This document shows positions 23,631 to 32,178 of a DNA stretch of 64,000 bases, piece after piece. The notes beneath the pieces are model-generated. The model was not told where the DNA came from, made no database searches, and saw only the letters and a program-made list of their open reading frames with translations. The position numbers and the translations under genes were made by a program. The DNA comes from Escherichia coli (GTDB lineage: Bacteria; Pseudomonadota; Gammaproteobacteria; Enterobacterales; Enterobacteriaceae). The stretch lies in assembly GCF_050320075.1 (NCBI RefSeq), contig NZ_CP190018.1. One strand, 5' to 3'. Numbering within the stretch: the first letter of the stretch is position 1; each line of letters opens with the position of its first letter.

Positions 23631-24101
23631 ATGCTAAGTAACGATATTCTGCGCAGCGTGCGCTACATTTTGAAAGCCAATAATAATGACCTGGTGCGTA
23701 TTCTGGCGCTGGGTAATGTCGAAGCCACCACGGAACAGATCGCCGTCTGGCTACGTAAAGAAGACGAAGAGGGTTTTCAGCGTTGTCCGGACATTGTTTT
23801 GTCTTCCTTCCTCAATGGCCTGATTTATGAAAAACGCGGCAAGGATGAGTCTGCTCCGGCACTGGAGCCGGAACGTCGCATTAATAACAACATCGTGCTG
23901 AAAAAATTACGCATCGCGTTTTCGCTGAAGACCGATGACATTCTGGCGATCCTCACCGAACAGCAGTTCCGCGTTTCGATGCCGGAAATTACGGCGATGA
24001 TGCGTGCACCGGATCATAAAAACTTCCGCGAATGCGGCGATCAATTTTTACGTTATTTTCTGCGTGGACTGGCAGCGCGCCAGCATGTGAAGAAAAGCTA
24101 A
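23631..24101 (+). CDS. yehS: DUF1456-family protein YehS
   Basis: ATG 23631 gives 156-aa MLSNDILRSVRYILKANNNDLVRILALGNVEATTEQIAVWLRKEDEEGF... Confidence 0.85.
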   Translation: MLSNDILRSVRYILKANNNDLVRILALGNVEATTEQIAVWLRKEDEEGFQRCPDIVLSSFLNGLIYEKRGKDESAPALEPERRINNNIVLKKLRIAFSLKTDDILAILTEQQFRVSMPEITAMMRAPDHKNFRECGDQFLRYFLRGLAARQHVKKS

Positions 24102-24142
24102 GACGGGTATGGCGGCCATGCAAAAACATGGCCGCCGACAGA

Positions 24143-24604
24143 TTATTTCACTTCTTTAAAACCAGCGGCTTTCATCACCAGTTCCATTTGCGCCATAGTG
24201 ATACCTTTTTTGGCATCTTCAGCAGAAACGTTGATTCCTGAAATACCCTGCAGGGCTTTGAAATCCACTTTTTCCATATCGATAGTCACGTTTTCCTGCG
24301 CGTAGGTATCGGTATAGGTTAATTTTTCTTCAACACCCGCGATGTTTTTGTATTTGGCGCTTAACGGCTCAAGTGTCTTGGCAGCATCTTCTTTGGTGGT
24401 TGCACCAATGGAGGCAAATTGAATTTTGGTTTCAGAAGATTGCTTAAGCACCTTGTCACCTTTGTAGACATAGGTAATGGCAATTTCAGTACCGTTCAGA
24501 TTGGCGCTGAATTTTTTCGATTCTTCTTTGTCACCGCAGCCAGCAAGAGAGAAAACCAGAACAGATGCAACAACGAGGGAAAACAGCTTATTGAAAGCCT
24601 TCAT
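24143..24604 (-). CDS. yehR: DUF1307 lipoprotein YehR
   Basis: ATG 24602-24604; lipobox MKAFNKLFSLVVASVLVFSLAGC. Confidence 0.85.
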   Translation of the reverse strand: MKAFNKLFSLVVASVLVFSLAGCGDKEESKKFSANLNGTEIAITYVYKGDKVLKQSSETKIQFASIGATTKEDAAKTLEPLSAKYKNIAGVEEKLTYTDTYAQENVTIDMEKVDFKALQGISGINVSAEDAKKGITMAQMELVMKAAGFKEVK

Positions 24605-24728
24605 GTAAAACTCCATTTTATTTAATCAAGAAACTGGTGACTCTCACCAGGAGCTATATAGGATATGCCTAATACCGTGACGTGAGCAGTCCGGAACTGG
24701 AGTAGAACTCTTAGTAAAAAGCACTATT

Positions 24729-26729
24729 TCATCCTTGTTGCTGAAGCATGGGGAATAATTGTTCGCAAAGTAAAACACCGTTATTCATTGCTTCTACCCG
24801 TGCCTCGCTTTCTGTATTACGAAATTGTGCCAACACATGTGCCAGCCGATAAAAAACCACCGCGGTGAGGTCATTCGCCAGCAACTCTGCCTGACCAATA
24901 GCACTCTGTTCCTGATAGCGCCAGCCGTTATGGAGCAGTTGAATAAGTAACGCCTGGCAGCGCATCAGCAACTGATGAGCGGTAGACGGCACAGGCAAAA
25001 CGCTGGCAGAAGGTAGCGGTGCCACAGGCGCAGTTTCTGCGTCCAGCGCCCAGGCGCGGGTTTTGGTCATCATTACCCGTGGTTCCAGTGTCAATTGCCC
25101 CTCTACAAAGCTGACAAAGCCAGAAACCAGACTCACGGGGTCGTCTGTTTGTTGCAAAAGCGCCGCCATGCGTTCAACGGCAAAAGGAGAACAGGCAGAT
25201 GCCGGAAGGGATAACGTCAGCAGATTATCTTCACCTTCGCCGCTGATTACCTGCGCGTCCAGCGTCTGGCGGCTGCTATCCCAACCGAGTGAAATACACT
25301 CAGCGACTGGCAGAATAAATAAGTTATCCACCTGATTAAGAGGCCGTATGCAGGCGGGGGGACGCTGGCGTAAATATTCACGCAAAGCCACAATGCCCGG
25401 CTGGCGCAACGGCGCACTCAACATTTGCCAGGCGTCTGGCGACAGTGGAACAACACTACTCAAGCGGTTGCGGGTAGCTAACAGCAGCTCGCCATCGGCA
25501 CTGCGTTTTGCTGCTTGTGAAACAATTTGCCCACCAGCCAGTGCGCCAGCCTGAAAACTAAACAGCCGACGCGTCGCTGCCGGTGAGTTTTCCTGTTCGC
25601 TTCTCGGCCAACTACGCGAAAGATGCAAAATACTGCCGGTGTCGGGATCGGTAAACCAGATGCGTAAACCATACTGCTCAATATCCTGCCAGCAACGCAT
25701 ACCTAAAGACACCAGCCGCAGATGATCAAGCTTTGCTTCTCCGGCAATGCCAGCGCCAACGACCGTGCGCCACGGCATGGGAGGAACTTCACCAACACTG
25801 TCGCGCCGGGCCATCTCTTGTGCACAATTTAATCGATTGTTTAATGCCGCAAGCTGACGTAAGCATTCTCCGGCATGATAGTGGCTGGCGCGGGCGTGGA
25901 AGGCATCAACGCTGGCGCGCAGTTGCCGTAGCGATTCACTCACCCAGCGCCAGTTGCAGCGTTCCGCCGCTTGCTGCGCGCGGCTGAAAGCAGCCTCGTA
26001 ATGAATAAGCGGCTGGCTGATGCCGCCAAGCCATAACGCCTGGCTTAATTGCTGAACATATTGACGACACGCGTCCCCCTCATCGTTGGCAAACGGATCG
26101 TCAGATGATGTGACGTGTTCGCTGCGCATCTGCCAGATTAAATGAGTAAATTCCGCTTGCTGCGCTTTGGCCTGGACAAAGGCCTGTACTGCCAGTACGA
26201 CATGTTCGCAAAGTGTTCCTTCAATACAATCACAGCGAGCGAAACGAATGCTGCTGCGGGAATAAAAACGTACATCGCTCATCGGTAAGCGGGCAGAGGG
26301 AATTTCGCTCGGCGTACAGAACAACTCAATGGTGATGCCTTTAGCGACCAGTGCCTGTGCGCGTTTGCGGGTGGCATCGGGCAGGGTAGCCAGTTCTTCC
26401 AGCCAGATTGCCGGATCCCACTCTTCTTCTTTTTCCGTAGTCTGGGTGGTGGCGCAAAGTCGCTGATAACTTAAAACCAGCATCACGCGATGGCGGCACA
26501 TGCCGCTGGCCCCGCAGCTGCACTGAGCCTCTTTCAGTGCCTGACCGTTCGCCAGCTGGGTACGGACACCGTCACTGAAGGTGGCGATTAAAGCGCCGTT
26601 CTCATGGCTGATCTCCGGGACGTTGCCATTTTCCAGTTCCTTAAGACTGCGCTTAACAAAACCGGCATTGCTTAACGCTGTCAGGGCCTGCGGTGTCAGT
26701 TCTAATAATTCCGGACGTAGTGAATTCAT
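24729..26729 (-). CDS. yehQ: SWIM zinc-finger domain protein YehQ (two CxCx5CxH motifs)
   Basis: ATG 26727-26729 (MNSLRPELLELTPQ...); motifs CSCGASGMCRH and CDCIEGTLCEH seen in translation; start overlaps yehP stop (ATGA). Confidence 0.85.
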   Translation of the reverse strand: MNSLRPELLELTPQALTALSNAGFVKRSLKELENGNVPEISHENGALIATFSDGVRTQLANGQALKEAQCSCGASGMCRHRVMLVLSYQRLCATTQTTEKEEEWDPAIWLEELATLPDATRKRAQALVAKGITIELFCTPSEIPSARLPMSDVRFYSRSSIRFARCDCIEGTLCEHVVLAVQAFVQAKAQQAEFTHLIWQMRSEHVTSSDDPFANDEGDACRQYVQQLSQALWLGGISQPLIHYEAAFSRAQQAAERCNWRWVSESLRQLRASVDAFHARASHYHAGECLRQLAALNNRLNCAQEMARRDSVGEVPPMPWRTVVGAGIAGEAKLDHLRLVSLGMRCWQDIEQYGLRIWFTDPDTGSILHLSRSWPRSEQENSPAATRRLFSFQAGALAGGQIVSQAAKRSADGELLLATRNRLSSVVPLSPDAWQMLSAPLRQPGIVALREYLRQRPPACIRPLNQVDNLFILPVAECISLGWDSSRQTLDAQVISGEGEDNLLTLSLPASACSPFAVERMAALLQQTDDPVSLVSGFVSFVEGQLTLEPRVMMTKTRAWALDAETAPVAPLPSASVLPVPSTAHQLLMRCQALLIQLLHNGWRYQEQSAIGQAELLANDLTAVVFYRLAHVLAQFRNTESEARVEAMNNGVLLCEQLFPMLQQQG

Positions 26730-27862
26730 GACTGAAGATTCTCCGCAAGCCATGATGCCAGCTCGCCCGGTGTCATGGCGGCTATTTGTGCGCCGACATT
26801 AACCAGCGCCTGGGCCGTATCGTGGTCATAGCAAGGTGTTGCGGTGCTATCGAGCGCCGCCAGTCCCAGCACTTTGATGCCGCTCTGGACACACTTTTTC
26901 ACCTGATGCGTCAGTAATGATGATGAACCCCCTTCGTAAAAATCGCTCACGAGGATAATGACGCTTTTCGCTGGTTGTTCAATAAGTTGCCGACCATATT
27001 CCATGGCACTGGCGATATTGGTTCCGCCGCCTAATTGCACTTTCATTAATAACTCTACCGGATCGGCAACGTCTGCCGTGAGATCAACCACGCTGGTGTC
27101 AAACGCCACCAGATGGGTACGAATACCGGGTAACTGCCATAAACAGGCCGCCATCACCGCTGAGTGGATCACCGAGTCAACCATCGATCCGCTTTGATCA
27201 ACCAGTAAGACCAGTTGCCATTGATCGCTATGGCGCTTAATGCGGCTGTTAAAGCGGGGGGATTCGATATACAACTTGCCGTGTTGCGGATGCCAGTGTT
27301 GCAGGTTGGCACGCAGCGTACTTTTGAAATCGAAATTACGCGCCAGTGGAATAAATGAGCGACGGCGGCGATCGCGGACACCAGAAAAAGCCTGGCGAAC
27401 TTCCTTTGCCAGTCGCGCCATAATCTCTTCAACAACCTGGCGCACTATCCGGCGAGCGGCAGCCAGCACTTCGGGATTCATCAGATGTTTGGTGTGCAAA
27501 ACGGCGCGTAGCAGGCTTTCAGAAGGCTGCATACGTTCCAGTACGTCGAGATTCGTCACCACATCTTCAATGCCATAGCGCAGCACGGCATCGCTTTCCA
27601 GCCGCTCGATCACCTGTTGCGGAAACAGCGTGTGAATACTGTTGATCCACTCAGGGGTGGTGAGATTTGAGCAACCTAATCCACCGGAGCGTTCACCACG
27701 CTGGAGCCGTTCAGGATCGCGCCCATACAGCCACTCCAGCGCGTGGTCTATCTGCCGGGCATTGTCATCCAGCCCACAAAGGGTCGTTTCTGCCGCTTCG
27801 CCAAGAATTAATCGCCAGCGTTGTAGCTCACGGGTGGTCAGAAGATCGTTCAGTTCAGACAT
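26726..27862 (-). CDS. yehP: von Willebrand factor A (VWA) domain protein YehP
   Basis: ATG 27860-27862 (MSELNDLLTTRELQRW...); MIDAS motif DQSGS in LLVDQSGSMVDS; overlaps yehM stop by 8 bp. Confidence 0.85.
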   Translation of the reverse strand: MSELNDLLTTRELQRWRLILGEAAETTLCGLDDNARQIDHALEWLYGRDPERLQRGERSGGLGCSNLTTPEWINSIHTLFPQQVIERLESDAVLRYGIEDVVTNLDVLERMQPSESLLRAVLHTKHLMNPEVLAAARRIVRQVVEEIMARLAKEVRQAFSGVRDRRRRSFIPLARNFDFKSTLRANLQHWHPQHGKLYIESPRFNSRIKRHSDQWQLVLLVDQSGSMVDSVIHSAVMAACLWQLPGIRTHLVAFDTSVVDLTADVADPVELLMKVQLGGGTNIASAMEYGRQLIEQPAKSVIILVSDFYEGGSSSLLTHQVKKCVQSGIKVLGLAALDSTATPCYDHDTAQALVNVGAQIAAMTPGELASWLAENLQS

Positions 27863-30134
27863 GGAAAACTCCCCAGTGTTGCAGCGATGCCAGTGCCTGC
27901 TGTTCGAGTTGTTGATGATGTGCAATGGCTTGCGGTGGACAATGCAACGGCATTTGCAGTGCCGAAACGGGAAGTTGCGCCAGTTGATAATGCTCAAACA
28001 CCTGATGCGCCAGCGTCCCGCGTTCTCGTGGTGGTAGCCAGGCCATCGCCGCGCGTAAATCGGGCAGGGCGTTAATAAAATCGTCGTTACTCAGTTGATT
28101 TAAATGACTACTGAAACCGGCGATAAATGCCGGCTGACAGGCCAGTTGATGGCGGGCCAGCGCCAGCAAACCGTGCAGCGCTTCGCCGGATTGTGCCGGG
28201 GATAATTGCGCCAGCATTGTCAGCGCCGCTTCGGCACTGGCGTTGGGATGTTCCAGACGCATTAGTGCGCCAAGAGCCGCGCCGCGATCCAGCGCCGGGG
28301 CATGAATCGCCTGACTGCGGCGCTCCAGTAAGGCTACCGCCGCAGAAAGCGAAACGCCGGGTAAATTAACGCCGCTATGTAGATCGCGCAGGATATGGCA
28401 AAGCGCCTGCCAGCTATGCAGGTGAGCGTGAAACTCCTTTTCCTCCGGTTTGCCGTTGGATTCACACAGCCAGAGTGTGCGATCGATAGCCGCGCATAAC
28501 GTCGTCTGCAATATCTGCGCGCCTTGCATACCGCTGATTTCATCTAACCGCCATAAGGCATATAGCACTTCCAGCGCCTGGCCCATTTCGGCAAATTGAT
28601 TTTCCTGGGCGATTAATAATGTAAGTTGCTCCAGTAATTGTTGACTGAAAGACGCCAGACCCGCTAACGCCGCCTGGCTAAGACATGTGGTGATGATGCT
28701 GATTCCACCCGCGTCCAGCATATCGGCTTCTAATTTATGGCGTGCGGCTTCCTGGAGTGTGGCACCAAAGCAGGCGGCCTCAATCAATGCCGCATGCTGG
28801 CTAAGCGGGCGGGTTAATTTCCAGCATTCTTCACCGTTGCCTGCAAGTGACAGTGTACTTCCCTGCTGGCGCACAACCCCTGGGATCTCCAGTATTGCCA
28901 ACCGATGTAACACCTGACTTTGCGCCAGTCCATCGGGGGTAAAGCGATTTAAGGTAAGCTCCGCCGGAAGAGAGATTCCGGTACGTTCCAGTTCGCAGGT
29001 GACATCTTTTGGCAGAGGCGGTTGTGGCGTAGAAGGGGCAAGTTTACCGAATCCGTCACCCGCTAATGTGTCTATCAACGTTAGCAGAATCGGATCGGTA
29101 TCGGGATGAATAACGCCGCGATAGCTCCACGGCAACGGCGCGTTCAAGGCTTCTTTAATCAGCGAGCCTGCTATGGCATCCAGCCAGTCAGTGCGTAACG
29201 GTAGTGTATGACCGCGCAACTGTGCCAGCGCCATCGCATGCAGATGAGCGGCAGCCATATCAGCGGTAGAAGCGGGCAATTTGTGCTGGCGCAAACGGGT
29301 AAGGATAGTTTTTAGCAGTTGTTCACCGGCCTGCTGTAGGCCCCACTGCCAGCACCAGTTTTGCCAGACCGGGGCAGGCATACCAGAAAGGTATCCTGCC
29401 AGCACATCAAGGCGCTTTTCACTGTAGGGGGTGAGATAACAACCTGTAACGGCATCTGCCAGCTAGGGCAATTCCGGCGTGTTAATTTCCTGCGTGTATT
29501 CGCGCCACATCTTTGCCAGTGCCGGAGCATGCCAGCCGCCGCAGACGACTAACACGTCGCCATTGTTTTGCTGCATCGCCCATCCAATCCAGCGGGCCAT
29601 AAAGGCTTCGCGCTGACGATTGAGGGCATCTCCGGGGGAATCGCCCCGCAGTTGTGCAAAATAGTGCGCCAGCGCAGAGGGTAATGCAGTTTGCTGGCTT
29701 TCATCTTCGAACAAGTGATCCCACAGGGTGTCGCTGTTATCCATGCGGGTGGCACGCAGCAGTAAGGTCTGGCTGTCATCTTGCGTATCGGGTGATTCGT
29801 CTTCTTCTTCACTCTGCGCCCAGCAAGGCAAATCGATGAAGTAAGTTTGTGCCTGAATACGACGTGCGGCTTGTAGCGCCTGCCACTCCGGCGAAAATTC
29901 AGCAAATGGCGTCCAGGCACCACGCCCGGGGGCTGCACCGTCCTGATACTGGCAATAACTGTAAATAGCTACCGGAAGCTGGTGGGCTAAAAACAGTTCG
30001 TCTACCCGGTCATTAAAATCAGCCGGGCCTTCAATCAACACGTATCGTGGCCGCTGGCTTTCGATTAACGATTTCACCAGCCGGGCGCAGGCCGGACTAT
30101 GATGCCGGATGCCGACAATTAACGGCTCGCTCAT
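27855..30134 (-). pseudogene. yehM: yehM (759-codon frame) interrupted by a single in-frame TAG at 29463-29465
   Basis: ORFs 29463..30302 and 27855..29405 are in the same frame; codon-by-codon read gives ...INTPELP-stop-LADAVTGCYLTPYSEKRLDVLAGYLSGMPAP...; start MSEPLIVGIRHHSP at 30132-30134 with GAGGA RBS 10 bp after yehL stop. Confidence 0.75.
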
Positions 30135-30144
30135 GCATCTTTCC

Positions 30145-31222
30145 TCACGGCAGGCGGTGGCGGGCTTGATAATAAGCCTGCCAGTGAGCTTCTTTATGTG
30201 TGGCGACACGCTGTTCGAAGTAACGGCGCAGACGCGCGCGATCTTCTTCGTTATCTTTAACGATGGTTCCGGCAATACAGTCCACCAGATCGGCTGGCTC
30301 ACCTGCGCGATTCGCTAAAAACCAGGCGCGGACGCCCACTGCGTGGGCCACGTTCACGGCTTCAGCGGTGGATATAATTGCCGTCAGAGTATCCATTGAC
30401 GTTTTCTTTTCGCCGTTGGCACGCAGATCGCGGAAGGTGCGGACCAGTAACTCCAGTACCGCGTCAGGCACTTTATGCGGAATACCGCTATGGGCCAGCA
30501 AACGCGCCGAAGCACTGGCGACCAGTTCCAGCTCCTGGGCGAAATCCATAATCGGAAAGACGGTTTCAAAATCGAAGCGACGCTTTAGCGCGGCACTCAT
30601 CTCATTGACGCCGCGATCGCGGGTATTGGCAGTGGCAATAATATTAAAGCCTTCCCGCGCATAGAGCTGACTGGCTTCACCGGTGAGTTCCGGCACCGTC
30701 ATCACCCTGTCAGAAAGCATACCTAACAGACAGTCTTGTACTTCCAGCGGTGTACGCGTTATCTCTTCAAAACGGACGATTTTGCCGTCGCGCATTCCCT
30801 GGTAAAGCGGGGCAGGGACCAGTGCTTCCGTAGACGGACCATGGTTGATAAGCAGGGCGTAGTTCCATTTGATCTTCAGTAGTAGATGCGCCGCCCTGGA
30901 TGGTTAACCCGGCATCGCCGCTAATAGCGGTTGCCAGTAATTCAGACAGGAGAGATTTTGCGGTGCCCGGTTCCCCCACCAACATCAAACCGCGCCCGGT
31001 GGCAAGAGTGACTAACATACGTTCGACAGCGGAGGGACTAATCACCACTTTACGGCTAATATTTTGCGCGCTATCGCCAAGGATAAAAGCACGGGCCGCA
31101 GGCAAACTTAACTGCCAACCGGGCGGGCAAGGTGCGTTATCATTTTGTTTTAATTTTGCCAGTTCATCGGCGTATAACACAGCAGCAGGCGGACGCTGCA
31201 GATGATTATTCTGCGGTGACAT
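30145..31222 (-). pseudogene. yehL: yehL, MoxR-type AAA+ ATPase, split by a frameshift into two overlapping frames
   Basis: N-terminal frame ([12 protein letters not shown]...Walker [11 protein letters not shown]...GGASTTEDQ) ends at 30767; C-terminal part (…[41 protein letters not shown]…ATANTRD…) is in another frame bounded upstream by a stop at 30904-30906; total span 1078 nt is not a multiple of 3. Confidence 0.75.
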
Positions 31223-31338
31223 ATATTCATCCCTGAAATGTATTAATGAAATAAACGATATTTTACGCGCAATAAATGTTTGGCGCATTAGTTGTTTGAG
31301 CGAAAAATATCTGGAAAGCAGATCACAGTAAATAAAAA

Positions 31339-31365
31339 AACCTGCTGGTGAGGCAGGTTCTTTTA
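31339..31365 (-). terminator. Hairpin flanked by A7 (left) and T4 (right); reads as strong intrinsic terminator for minus-strand transcripts
   Basis: AAAAAAACCTGCTGGTGAGGCAGGTTCTTTT; rc gives stem followed by U7. Confidence 0.5.
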
Positions 31366-31445
31366 TTTACTATTTTCAGGCCCAACACCGCAGCCTGTGC
31401 AACATCGTGTTCCAACGAACGAATTATAACCATCGGTGGACCCCG

Positions 31446-31473
31446 TTGCAATTAAGATAATGAGATTTATAAT
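31446..31473 (+). promoter_or_regulatory. Candidate sigma70 promoter TTGCAA-N16-TATAAT upstream of small ORF
   Basis: -35 TTGCAA at 31446-31451, -10 TATAAT at 31468-31473, 16-bp spacer. Confidence 0.4.
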
Positions 31474-31654
31474 CCAGACGGTTGGGACGTTGCGCCGGAT
31501 CGGACCAATTTTAAGTCCTGGCTACCGGACGGGTGGTGCTGCAGGTGGTGCCCTGATCCGGAGTGCAACATCGTGGTCCAACATACGTAAACCAGTATCG
31601 ACAGGCAGTGTAAGGGTAAGGTGCTGGTGTTGCGCTCCTTAATAAGGAGAGCGG

Positions 31655-31744
31655 ATGGACACGCTGACACAAAAGTTAACCGTGCTCATTGCCGTACTGG
31701 AGCTATTAGTGGCTCTGTTACGGTTGATTGATTTGTTGAAGTAA
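31655..31744 (+). CDS. Candidate 29-aa small hydrophobic/amphipathic protein (unnamed; not in ORF track)
   Basis: AAGGAGA Shine-Dalgarno 7 nt upstream of ATG 31655; translation MDTLTQKLTVLIAVLELLVALLRLIDLLK; followed by hairpin terminator. Confidence 0.35.
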   Translation: MDTLTQKLTVLIAVLELLVALLRLIDLLK

Positions 31745-31765
31745 TGGGCAAATTGAAACGCATCT

Positions 31766-31790
31766 AAGGGGGAATACCGTTTCCCCCTTT
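31766..31790 (+). terminator. Hairpin AAGGGGGAATACCGTTTCCCCCTTT after the small ORF and immediately beyond yehK stop
   Basis: 7-bp G/C stem, then TTT AATAAA. Confidence 0.4.
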
Positions 31791-31797
31791 AATAAAG

Positions 31798-32118
31798 CTA
31801 TTTTTCTATTTCTTGGTTGAATATATTCTGTAGTTCGGGATTAAAAATGGCTATTACCGTTTCTGGTGATTCGCCCCGTAATTTTCGCTCATCAATAAAC
31901 TCATCTCTTATATAAATCAACGCATCATTTATTAGCGGGTCGACATCCTCTCGATCACGTTGATGAAATGTTGGATGTAGCCGGAATCGCTCCAGTCGGT
32001 AGACGGAACCTGTAAATAATTCAGAGCATTTATGGATCTCAAGTCTGAAGGAAAACGGATCTTCAGGTACAGGGACCTCATAATCGTAAATAGCAACCAG
32101 CTCTTTTTGCACGATCAT
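31798..32118 (-). CDS. yehK: Uncharacterised small protein YehK
   Basis: 106-aa ORF MIVQKELVAIYDYEVPVPEDPFSFRLEIHKCSELFTGSVYRLERF...; ATG verified. Confidence 0.85.
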   Translation of the reverse strand: MIVQKELVAIYDYEVPVPEDPFSFRLEIHKCSELFTGSVYRLERFRLHPTFHQRDREDVDPLINDALIYIRDEFIDERKLRGESPETVIAIFNPELQNIFNQEIEK

Positions 32119-32178
32119 CGCTTTTCCCGGTGGCAGGTCGTGTTAATAACGGGCAGTCGCATCACTGCCCGCTGTGTT

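Noticed and set aside
29549-29938. 129-aa minus-strand ORF and 30263..30664 plus-strand ORF
   Set aside because: Alternate frames within yehM/yehL; no independent support
31436-31670. ORFs 31436..31642 (+) and 31467..31670 (-) in the yehL–yehK spacer
   Set aside because: Mutually overlapping on both strands, no RBS, and they cross the predicted promoter/leader; more likely noncoding structured sequence
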